From Selenomonadaceae bacterium (GTDB taxonomy: Bacteria > Bacillota > Negativicutes > Selenomonadales > Selenomonadaceae), in contig JAFYNH010000018.1 of the NCBI GenBank assembly GCA_017549815.1, forward strand, positions 586 through 64,585: a stretch of DNA of 64,000 nt, in the 5' to 3' direction. Shown here one piece after another: positions 52,939-62,400 of this stretch. Position 1 is the first letter of the stretch. Each line of letters begins with the position of its first letter. The position numbers and the translations under genes were made by a program. The notes beneath the pieces are model-generated. The model searched no databases. It was given only the letters and a program-made list of their open reading frames with translations, and was not told the DNA's origin.

Positions 52939-53310
52939 TTAAGCTTTAAGCTTTAAGGATAATTTATTAATCATTGAATTCAACATGCTACTAATTTCGG
53001 AAGATAAATTTAATGCCGTTTCAAGCTCAGATTCACTAAGATAATTAAGTCGAAGACAAACCAAAAGTTGAGTTTCAATTTCAGCTCTTGAACCTCTGGC
53101 AATAAACAAAAAACGAAGAAAATCCTTTTCAGAAGAACGCCCTCTCCCTTCGGCAATGTTTGAAGGAATGGAAACAACAGCGCGACGCATTTGGTCTGAC
53201 AGCGCGTAGGTTTCTTCTTTTGGTAATTTTTTGACGAGGTGATAGACTTCAACAAGTAAGTCCATAGATTTTTGCCAAACGATTAAATCTTTATGGTCTT
53301 TAGCAAACAT
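52939..53310 (-). CDS. Four-helix-bundle protein (23S rRNA intervening-sequence protein family, TIGR02436)
   Basis: LIVWQKSMDLLVEVYHLVKKLPKEETYALSDQMRRAVVSIPSNIAEGRGRSS.KDF.RFL.IARGS.AE..TQL is the family signature. Confidence 0.85.
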   Translation of the reverse strand: MFAKDHKDLIVWQKSMDLLVEVYHLVKKLPKEETYALSDQMRRAVVSIPSNIAEGRGRSSEKDFLRFLFIARGSRAEIETQLLVCLRLNYLSESELETALNLSSEISSMLNSMINKLSLKLKA

Positions 53311-53349
53311 AACGAAACTCCTTTTTTCCTGAAAGCTGACAGCTCTAAG

Positions 53350-54699
53350 CTAAAAGCTTTTTAATTTTTGAACAATCCGCTTAAAGTCGCGCCCTCGCTC
53401 CTCAAAATCGCTGTACATGTCGAAACTCGCGCAGGCAGGACTGAGCAACACAACTTGCGGCGGACAAGAAATATTTTTTGCAAGTTCAACGGCTTTTTCC
53501 ATTGAGTAACCCGCCTCAAGAATTTTATCAGCAGGGAAATTATTTTCAACCGCGCAGGTTTTGAATCGAGCCGCCGCATCGCCGACTAAGATTAAATAAT
53601 CGACGCGCTCCTTGACAAGTTTTAAAAAGTCCGTGAGGTCGGTACCCTTATCGTCGCCGCCCGCTATCAAGACAATATGCCCCGCGAAAGTCTCTAATGC
53701 CTTAATCGCCGAATCGGTATTGGTCGCCTTGCTGTCATTGTAGTATTTAACGCCGTCAAGCTCGCGAACAAATTCTATCCTGTGTTCGACGCCTTGAAAA
53801 GTTTTCAGCACGTTGCGAATTTTTTCAGCCTCGACGCCCGCGAGAAAGGCAATAAGCGACGACGCCAAAGCATTTTCGACATTATGCCCGCCCTTGATTC
53901 CGAGTTCGTCAATCGTACAGAGTTCATAAGTTGCGCCGTTGAATCTTACCACGAGCAAATTATTTTTAACAAACGCGCCTTCGTCAAGCGTCACTTTTCG
54001 GCTGAAGTAAAGCACTTTACAAGCGGCGCGGTTAATCATTTCGCGAGTACGTTCATCATCATAGTTAAGAATCAGAAAATCTTCGGCGGTCTCCTGCGCG
54101 AAAATTTTTTCCTTCATCGCCTGATAAACTTCCATAGTCCCATGCCGCTTTAAATGGTCGGGCGTAACGTTCAGTATCGCCGAAATGTGCGGCTTAAAAT
54201 TTTTAGTCGCCTCCATTTGATAGCTGGAAATTTCCGCCGCTAAATAGCCGCCCGCGCCGACTGCCAAAGCAACTTCGCTCAACGGTACGCCGATATTCCC
54301 GCCGACGCCGACTTTAGAATATTTTTCCTTAAGCAAAAGTCCGAGCAAAGTTACGGTTGTCGTCTTGCCGTTAGTGCCTGTCACCGCGCAGATTGGAGAC
54401 TTCGCCAAGTCATAAGCCAATTCGACTTCGCTGATAATTTTAATGCCCTGCGCGGTCGCCGCCTTAAGCAACGGAATTTTAATCGGGACGGCGGGCGAAA
54501 CAACTATTAAATCAACGCCGTTTAAAAGTTCGTCCGTCTGCTTGCCGAGTTTTATTTCCACTCCGCGCAGATTAATGTTGAGATTTTCTTTGCTGTCGCT
54601 CAATACGACTTGTGCGCCGATTTCATTTAAAATTTTCGCCGCCGCTATGCCGCTCCGAGCCGCTCCGATTACCAATACTTTTTTATTTGCCAAATCCAT
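53350..54699 (-). CDS. murD: UDP-N-acetylmuramoylalanine--D-glutamate ligase
   Basis: VLVIGAARSGIAAAKIL and VTGTNGKTTTV. 449 aa. Confidence 0.9.
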   Translation of the reverse strand: MDLANKKVLVIGAARSGIAAAKILNEIGAQVVLSDSKENLNINLRGVEIKLGKQTDELLNGVDLIVVSPAVPIKIPLLKAATAQGIKIISEVELAYDLAKSPICAVTGTNGKTTTVTLLGLLLKEKYSKVGVGGNIGVPLSEVALAVGAGGYLAAEISSYQMEATKNFKPHISAILNVTPDHLKRHGTMEVYQAMKEKIFAQETAEDFLILNYDDERTREMINRAACKVLYFSRKVTLDEGAFVKNNLLVVRFNGATYELCTIDELGIKGGHNVENALASSLIAFLAGVEAEKIRNVLKTFQGVEHRIEFVRELDGVKYYNDSKATNTDSAIKALETFAGHIVLIAGGDDKGTDLTDFLKLVKERVDYLILVGDAAARFKTCAVENNFPADKILEAGYSMEKAVELAKNISCPPQVVLLSPACASFDMYSDFEERGRDFKRIVQKLKSF

Positions 54700-54711
54700 T
54701 TAAAAGACTCC

Positions 54712-55671
54712 TCATAACATTGTTAAGCCCAACACGCCGAAAATCAATCCGACCGTCCAGAATACGAAGACAACTTTTATTTCAGACCAGCCGCCCAGCT
54801 CGAAGTGATGATGTAGCGGACTCATGCGGAATATTCGTTGCCCCGTCGTTTTGAACGAAATGACTTGCAGAATTACCGACAACGCCTCGCAGACGAATAC
54901 GAATCCAACGATTGCCAATAAAATTTCCGTGCGCGTCAAAATGCCGACTGCCGCGAACGCTCCGCCCAATGCAAGCGAACCTGTATCGCCCATGAAAACT
55001 TTCGCGGGGTGGAAGTTGAATTTCAAAAAGCCTATGCAAGCTCCGACTGTCGCCGCGCAGAAGATTGCCAAGTCGTCATGTCCCGTTAAAAGGCAAATCA
55101 CCGCGTAACAACTCGCCGCTATTGCCATGCAACCCGAAGCCAAGCCGTCTAATCCGTCCGTCAAATTAACCGCATTCGATGCGCCAACCATTACTATCAA
55201 CATGAACAATAAATAAAAGCTCCCCGCGTTAATCGTCGTGTTGATTATCGGTATCCAAATTGTCGGGCTGAAGTCCGTTAAAAGTTCGCTCGCTACAAAC
55301 GTCGTCACGATTACGATTAAAATTTGACCCGCCAATTTGTATCGCGCCAAAAGTCCTTGATTATGCTTGCGGACGACTTTTAAATAATCGTCGACGAAAC
55401 CTAAGATAAAGTGTCCGAGCAATATGAACAGCGCAAGGAAAATTTCCGTGTTCCACTCCGCCATTATCAGCGTCGCCGCCACTATCCCAGCAATTAAAAA
55501 TATTCCGCCCATTGTCGGTGTGCCGCTTTTCTTTTGGTGACTCTTCGGACCTTCGGCGCGTATGCTCTGTCCGAATTTCAATCTGTGTAAAATTGGTATG
55601 CAAATCGGCGCGAGTAAAATTACAACGCCCGCCGCGATTGCTCCTGCTATTAAAATTTTTTCCATATTCAA
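54712..55671 (-). CDS. mraY: Phospho-N-acetylmuramoyl-pentapeptide transferase
   Basis: HQKKSGTPTMGG, NLTDGLDGLA and PLHHHFE motifs. About 10 TM helices. Confidence 0.95.
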   Translation of the reverse strand: MNMEKILIAGAIAAGVVILLAPICIPILHRLKFGQSIRAEGPKSHQKKSGTPTMGGIFLIAGIVAATLIMAEWNTEIFLALFILLGHFILGFVDDYLKVVRKHNQGLLARYKLAGQILIVIVTTFVASELLTDFSPTIWIPIINTTINAGSFYLLFMLIVMVGASNAVNLTDGLDGLASGCMAIAASCYAVICLLTGHDDLAIFCAATVGACIGFLKFNFHPAKVFMGDTGSLALGGAFAAVGILTRTEILLAIVGFVFVCEALSVILQVISFKTTGQRIFRMSPLHHHFELGGWSEIKVVFVFWTVGLIFGVLGLTML

Positions 55672-56057
55672 CCCCGCTCGTCAGTTGATTGTTCATTTAT
55701 GCCGCTCGAAATCAAGTAAATAGCAAGCTGATTGAGTTTAACGCCCTCATACTCTGCGCGTTTCGCAAGTTTCCTGTGCAAACTCTTTGGGATTCGCAAT
55801 TTCAATCGCCCGTTGTATTTGTCAAAGTCAGGCTCGTCAATCGATTGCCCCAAATCTAACGCCGTTTCAAGCCAGCAAATTTTTGCGTCCTCTATCATTT
55901 CAAGAACTTCTTCGCGAGTTTCGCCTTGAGTTATGCAACCGGGCAAATCTGGTATTGTTCCGACGTAACCGCCTTCGGGCGAAGGGATTATCACGATTTC
56001 ATAGGGCAACGCCGCATAATATTTTAAATCCTTTTCCGAAGTCATTTTTTCTTCCAT
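55668..56057 (-). CDS. hicB: HicB-family antitoxin (HicB fold + C-terminal RHH)
   Basis: LPYEIVIIPSPEGGYVGTIPDLPGCITQGETREEVLEMIEDA plus LRIPKSLHRKLAKRAEYEGVKLNQ. Its TGA overlaps the mraY ATG (ATGA). Confidence 0.85.
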   Translation of the reverse strand: MEEKMTSEKDLKYYAALPYEIVIIPSPEGGYVGTIPDLPGCITQGETREEVLEMIEDAKICWLETALDLGQSIDEPDFDKYNGRLKLRIPKSLHRKLAKRAEYEGVKLNQLAIYLISSGINEQSTDERG

Positions 56058-56078
56058 AGAAATTTCTCCTCGTTGAGA

Positions 56079-56312
56079 TTATAAATTCAATGCGCGAATA
56101 ACAGCTTGAACGTAAATTTCATTAATGTAAGGTTTATGATAAGGAATCGTTATCGGATCGTTATTCGGTTTCCTGTATGTGTAATGGCTTGAACCGCCGC
56201 GAGGTTGTGATTTTTCATAGCCTGCATTCAAAAGTATTTTATCAAGTTCCTCAAAGCGGACAGTCTTGGGATTATTTTTGATTCGTTGAAGGAGTTTTTC
56301 AAGTTTACTCAT
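56079..56312 (-). CDS. hicA: HicA-family toxin (mRNA interferase)
   Basis: RFEELDKILLNAGYEKSQPRGGSSHYTYRK. The ATG directly abuts the murF TAA. Confidence 0.85.
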   Translation of the reverse strand: MSKLEKLLQRIKNNPKTVRFEELDKILLNAGYEKSQPRGGSSHYTYRKPNNDPITIPYHKPYINEIYVQAVIRALNL

Positions 56313-57680
56313 TTAAATCAGCTCGATAATTTTTTCCATATGCATGACGTGTGACGCCTTGAATAAAATCGTATCGCCGTCGCGAACAAGTTCCAAAATT
56401 TTTTTAGCAGCGTCTTCGTGCGTGTCAAAGCTGTAAATATTTTTTAAGCCCGCGTCACGTGCGCCCGCCGCTATAAATTTTCCAAGCTCGCCAAGAGTTA
56501 CTAACGTGTTAAAGTTATTCTCGGCAAGCTCCGCGCCAATTTCTCTGTGAACGCGCTCCGAAATATCGCCAAGCTCCAACATGTCGCCCAAAACCGCGAT
56601 TAATCGCCCGTCATAAACTTCAGCCGCTGTCTTAATAGCAACACGCATTGAAGCAGGGCTTGCGTTATAAGCGTCGTTAATTATTGTCAAGCCGTCGCGC
56701 CGAATCACCTCGAAACGCATTTTAGTCGTTGTCAACGTAGAAAAGCCGCGCTGAACTTCGGGAACAGTCAAGCCGCAAGCATAACCCGCCGCGATTGCCG
56801 CCAATGCATTTGAAACATTGTGGCGACCGAGCATCGGAATTTCAAAGTCATATTCCTTGCCTCGAAAACTCAAAGTGAATTCCGTCGAAACGCTCCCGAT
56901 TAAAACATTTTTGCCAATAAAATCCGCGTCCTTTTCAAGCGCGTAGGTCAAAACTTTTACGCCGTCGCCCGCAAGATTTTTCATCGCCGCCGTATGGATA
57001 TTATCCGCGTTCAAAATAATCGTGCCGCCCGCTTGAATCGCCTCGACCAATTCGCCCTTTGCCTTAGCAATATTTTCTATCGAGCCTAAAAGTTCAATGT
57101 GCGTTTCGCTGACATTAGTAACAATGCCGATTGTCGGTTTGACGACCTGCGCGAGAATCTCAATCTGTCCAAGCCCGCGCATACCGATTTCGACGACCGC
57201 CGCTTTATGTTTATTGTTAAGCTCAAGCAACGTCATCGGAACGCCGATTTCATTATTAAAATTGCCCGAAGTCTTTTGAACTTGCCCCAAGCTGTTAAGG
57301 GCGGCGGCGGTTAAATCTTTTGTGGTAGTCTTGCCGTTTGAACCCGTCACTGCAACAATCGGAATATTAAAGCGATTTCTCCACGCGCCCGCGATTTGAC
57401 GATAAGCTTTCAATGTGTCGTCGACCTTTAAAACAATGCCGTCGAGATTCTTATTGAAATTTTTGCTGACAAGGACGGCAGACGCTCCTTTTTTAAGCGC
57501 GTCGTCGGCAAAATCTTCGCCGTTGAATTTTTCGCCCTTAAGTGCGACGAATAACACGCCGCTTGTAATTTTCCTGCTGTCGGTCGTGACGCCCTCAAAA
57601 GTGATATTCCCTTTATCCCCGACCCCTAAATCCTTAATCCCTAAAACCTGCGCGACTTCTGCCAAACTTAATTTATTCAT
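56313..57680 (-). CDS. murF: UDP-N-acetylmuramoyl-tripeptide--D-alanyl-D-alanine ligase
   Basis: VTGSNGKTTTKD and a Mur ligase layout. The ATG at 57680 lies 8 nt after GGAGG and overlaps the murE end by 8 nt. Confidence 0.9.
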   Translation of the reverse strand: MNKLSLAEVAQVLGIKDLGVGDKGNITFEGVTTDSRKITSGVLFVALKGEKFNGEDFADDALKKGASAVLVSKNFNKNLDGIVLKVDDTLKAYRQIAGAWRNRFNIPIVAVTGSNGKTTTKDLTAAALNSLGQVQKTSGNFNNEIGVPMTLLELNNKHKAAVVEIGMRGLGQIEILAQVVKPTIGIVTNVSETHIELLGSIENIAKAKGELVEAIQAGGTIILNADNIHTAAMKNLAGDGVKVLTYALEKDADFIGKNVLIGSVSTEFTLSFRGKEYDFEIPMLGRHNVSNALAAIAAGYACGLTVPEVQRGFSTLTTTKMRFEVIRRDGLTIINDAYNASPASMRVAIKTAAEVYDGRLIAVLGDMLELGDISERVHREIGAELAENNFNTLVTLGELGKFIAAGARDAGLKNIYSFDTHEDAAKKILELVRDGDTILFKASHVMHMEKIIELI

Positions 57681-59151
57681 TGTTAATTCCTCCAACATTT
57701 TTTATTGCCTCCAGCGCAACTTCTCTGTCGTCGAAGTGAATCTTCCCTGTATTCAAAATCTGATAAGTTTCATGCCCCTTGCCAAGAATTAAAACTACGT
57801 CGCCCGCCTTTGCAAGTTCAATCGCCCTAAAGATTGCGGCTTGTCTGTCGGCAATGCGCTCGTGATTTTTCTTGCCAATCCCGACTTCAATATCGTCCAA
57901 AATTTTTTCGGGGTCTTCGGTGCGCGGATTGTCGCTCGTGATTATCAGTATGTCGCTAAGCTCGGAGGCGGTTTTACCCATAATCGCCCGCTTGCCGTGA
58001 TCTCTATCGCCGCCGCAACCGACCACCGTTATAATTTTTCCTTTGACAATCTGCGCGGCTGTCTCCAAAACATTTTTAACACCGTCGGGCGTGTGCGCGT
58101 AGTCAACGATAACCTCGAAAGGAGCCGTTGAAAAAATTCGCTCGAAACGTCCGGGCACGCTTTTAAAATTTTCAAGGGCGCGTTTAATAATTTCGGGATT
58201 AATATCTTCAGCCGTCGCCGCCCCGACCGCCGCCAATACATTATAGACGTTAAAAATCCCCGTGATCTTTAGGGAAATAGGGAAATGGGGAATTAGGGAA
58301 ATAGTCATTCCGTCGGAGCGAATATCAAGTTCTGTTCCGCGCAGATTAGCAGGATTTTTTATGCCGTAAGTAATCGTTTCGCAGAGACAATGCTTTAAAA
58401 TTTCCGTGCTTGCCGCGTCGTCAACGTTTATGACGGCGTGTTTATTTTGCTTGCGACCTCTGCGCGATACAGCGTCGAAAAGTTTAGCCTTCGCCCGCAA
58501 ATAATTTTCCATTGTCAAATGAAAATCCAAATGGTCTTGAGTTAAGTTTGTAAAAATCGCCGTGTCGAATTCGACGCCCGCAACTCTGTTTTCTGCCAAT
58601 GCGTGGCTTGAAACTTCCATGACAACTACTTGAATATTTTTATCAAGCATTTCAACGAAAATTTTCTGCAAATCGATAACGTTGGGCGTCGTGTTGCGGA
58701 CGGGAAAACTTTCTTCGCCGATAAGATTTTGAATCGTGCCAATCAATCCGACTTTAAAGCCCGCGCAGGTAAAAATTTCGCGCAAAAGATAACTCGTCGT
58801 CGTCTTGCCGTTCGTGCCCGTGATTCCTATCACTCTCATCTTCCGCGAAGGATAATCATAAAAATACGGGACGATAACCGCCAGCGCGTTCAGCATATCG
58901 GGGACAATCAGCGCGGAAATATTTTCGGGCGGAGTAAAATTTTTTCTCGTCGTCAAGACAGCAACCGCCCCTTTGTCCGTCGCTTGCGGAATAAAATTAT
59001 GCCCGTCAACGTGTGCGCCTTCCATACACACGAACAGATTTTTTGTCGTAACCTTGCGCGAATCGTGTTCAATCCCGCTGACTTCGACATCTTCGCCGAC
59101 AATCTGCGCGTCGGGAATAAGCAATGCAAGTTCGCTCAATTTCTTTATCAA
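57673..59151 (-). CDS. murE: UDP-N-acetylmuramoyl-L-alanyl-D-glutamate--2,6-diaminopimelate ligase
   Basis: GITGTNGKTTTSYL. The DNPR motif (SDNPRTEDP) indicates meso-DAP specificity. Confidence 0.9.
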   Translation of the reverse strand: MIKKLSELALLIPDAQIVGEDVEVSGIEHDSRKVTTKNLFVCMEGAHVDGHNFIPQATDKGAVAVLTTRKNFTPPENISALIVPDMLNALAVIVPYFYDYPSRKMRVIGITGTNGKTTTSYLLREIFTCAGFKVGLIGTIQNLIGEESFPVRNTTPNVIDLQKIFVEMLDKNIQVVVMEVSSHALAENRVAGVEFDTAIFTNLTQDHLDFHLTMENYLRAKAKLFDAVSRRGRKQNKHAVINVDDAASTEILKHCLCETITYGIKNPANLRGTELDIRSDGMTISLIPHFPISLKITGIFNVYNVLAAVGAATAEDINPEIIKRALENFKSVPGRFERIFSTAPFEVIVDYAHTPDGVKNVLETAAQIVKGKIITVVGCGGDRDHGKRAIMGKTASELSDILIITSDNPRTEDPEKILDDIEVGIGKKNHERIADRQAAIFRAIELAKAGDVVLILGKGHETYQILNTGKIHFDDREVALEAIKNVGGINNE

Positions 59152-59420
59152 AACCTCGCCTCCCTCCTGTTTGCCGTCAATTATAATTGAACTTTACATG
59201 AAAAGACAATGCCGAATAAAAATTTTTAACCCAAACTTCTTGAAGATTAATTTTCGACAAGAAAAGTTTTCGCAAATGCTTGACAATTTAGGGGGTGTTT
59301 ATAATGTTAATGTTTAGTATGAATTTGTCTTTTGGTTTTTATGAAAGGATGATTTTATGAACGACAAAGAAGACGACTCGACGCGGATAACTCTTTTATT
59401 ACTTGAAAGGAAGTGACGAC

Positions 59421-62400
59421 ATGGCAGTAATCTCAAATTCTAGCGATAATACACTAATCACAGGAACTGACATGAGTGACAGCATAAAAATTGGCTCTGG
59501 TTATGCGACCTACAGTGATAGGCACTACGGTAAAGTGACAGTAGACGCAGGAGCTGGCAATGATACTATTGTTTCTTTCGCCCGTCAAAGTTCAATCAAT
59601 GCAAGCACAGAGAATGATTTCATTGACAACAGAGGCGCAAGTTCAACAATAGACGGCGGCGCGGGCAACGACACAATCACCAACATCGGCAACTACGTAT
59701 CAATCAATGGTGGCATGGGCGACGATTCCATTTATACCGATAAAAATAAAGTTGTTGGCATATTCTACAATGAAGGCGACGGCAATGACACAGTCGAGGG
59801 CTTTAATTCAAGCTCTATGATTCAAATCGGCGATGGCTCAGGTACTTATGCGACACAACAAAGCGGCAGTGACGTTATTGTCTATGTCGGAGACGGCTCA
59901 ATCGTCCTAACGGGCGCGGCGTCTTTGAGTAGCAAAATATATATCAACGGCGTTGATGGTAGAATTCCCGCTTGGCGAATTAACGGCACGACAGCCACTT
60001 ACGGCACAAGTTCAAACACTTTAATAACAGTCAGCGGCGTTAAATCACTCAATAGCATTTCATTAAACGGAAATGTAGTAACAATTGATGAATCGGCGTT
60101 GAATCAAGGCACGGTGACAATCAGTAACGGTTACGCGCTTTCACTCGGCAACAACGTCACAACTCCGAATTACACGGCGGCGAGTTGGTCACTCAGTGGC
60201 AACACTGCAATTTACAGCGGCGGCGCGAACACGGCGGGCTATGAGCTTTCCAACAACCAAATCAGCTACGTTGCGGCTAAAAGTAGTGATTCTTTCACGG
60301 TAAGCGGCGTTAAATCGACTAACGGGCTTACGGTCGCCGGCAATGTTGTTACGGTCGGCAATTCCGCGCTGAATCAAGAGACGGTGACAATCAGCAATAA
60401 TAATTACACTCTTGCGCTGGGTAATGACGTAACGCAATCGACAACGGCGGAGGCAGGTTGGACGCTCAGCGGCACCAGTGCGACTTATAAGACGGCGGCG
60501 ACTTCGGCAGGCTATAAGCTTGCGAATAATCAGATAAGCTATGTTGCGGCAAGCGGTGGCGAAAGTGTCAAGGTCAGCGGTGTCAAATCTCTCGACGGAC
60601 TTTCAATCAGCGGCAAAACCGTCACAGTCTCGAATGCCTCTTTGAATCAATCGAAGGTCACAGTCAGCGACGGCTACACGCTCAAGCTCGGCAATGATGT
60701 CGCAACTCCTTCAAGCGTCGCGGCGGGCTGGACTGTCAGCAACAACATTGCCACTTACAAAGCCGCGCAGACTACGGCGGGTTATTCTGTTTCTGACAAT
60801 CAAATAACTTACGCGGCGGCAAGCGGCGGCTCGGTTTTGGCGCAACTCAGCGACGTAAAAGGAAAGCCGTCTATAGAAAGTTACTCATACTTAACAGACA
60901 AGGTTATTATCTCAGCCGATAATTTCGTCGGCAACGAGATTTCTGTCGTGAGTAACGCGGGCGATTATATATTCAGTCTGGCAAGCGGCAGTTATGGAAA
61001 TGTCGTATTCAACGGCGGCACCGGCAATGATGTAGTTTGGAATTACGGCTCGAACTTGACGATAAACGGCGGTAACGGTGATGATTATATTAAAAATGAA
61101 TATGAAATTGAGCGGGACGACGCAACCGGCGAATGGATAACGCTGAATTCTAACGATAATGTTTTTATTAACGGTGGTGCAGGCAATGATTCCGTTTATA
61201 ATTTGTCTAGCGACAATTGCACAATCAACACGGGCGACGGTAATGATTTTCTTTACAACGAAGCCAACAACGTTTCAATGAGTGGCGGCGCAGGTAACGA
61301 CTCCATTGAAAACTGGGGCGGCAACGTTACTTTCATATATAAGGAAGGCGACGGCAAAGATACGATTTACGGCATTAATTCAACTTCGACACTGAGCATT
61401 GCGGGCGGAACTTACTCAACGCAAATCAGCAACGCAGATGTCATTGTCGCGGTCGGCGGAGAAAAAATCAACTTGCATAACGTCTTCGCAACGGCGGACA
61501 CTCTCAACATTAACGATGATAAAATTGTCCTCGAACGCCAATTCAAGCTTACCGACGGCGACGATTATGTCTACGGAATTAAAAGAGATTCCATTTCGGT
61601 TGACGCAGACGCAGGCAATGATAGAATTGACAATTATGGCGACAACGTTAAGATCGACGGCGGCGCAGGTAATGACTCGATTTATAACGAATACGGAGAT
61701 AATGTCAGCATAAATGGCGGAGACGGCGACGATTATATTTCCAACAGCGACTATGGCTCCAACGTGAAAATTGACGGCGGCGCGGGTAATGATTCTATTC
61801 AAAGTAACGGAGCAAGCGTAACAATCAACGCAGGTAACGGCAACGATACTATTCATTTGGGTTACTATTCAGAGAATAATCTGATTGTTTATAACGCTGG
61901 CGACGGCAACGATGTTATTTACGGCTTCAAAGCGAATTCAACGCTCTCGATTGGCGGCGGCACCTATTTGAAGTCAACAAGCGGCGATAATGTTATCGTG
62001 ACAGTCGGCACGGGCAAGATAACTTTGAACGGCGCGGCGAGTTTGGCAAGCGTGAACATTGCGGGCGAAGAGAAAAAAACTTGGCAACTCAACGGCACGA
62101 CCGCCACTTATGGCACAAGCACCGATACCCTAATCACTGTGAGCGGCGTTAAATCGCTCAACGGCATTTCTTTAAGCGGCTCGACGGTGACGATTGCCAA
62201 TTCTTCTTTGAATCAATCGCCGGTCACAATAAGCAAAGGATACACTTTGGCTTTGGCAAATGACGTTACGCGCTCGCAGACGACGTCGGCGCATTGGGAA
62301 CTTAAAGGCTCGACTGCTACTTACAAAAATACTTCGACCAGTGCGGGTTATTCTGTCGTTAGTAATCAGATTGTCTACAACGAGGCAAACGGCGGCGAGG

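Noticed and set aside
58630-59190. 186-aa plus-strand ORF
   Set aside because: It is antisense to murE, and the translation is arginine-rich with no motifs.
59279-59307. TTGACA ... TATAAT upstream of giant gene 2 as a promoter
   Set aside because: The spacer is only 14 nt, so this is not a credible sigma70 promoter as it stands. The real promoter was not identified.
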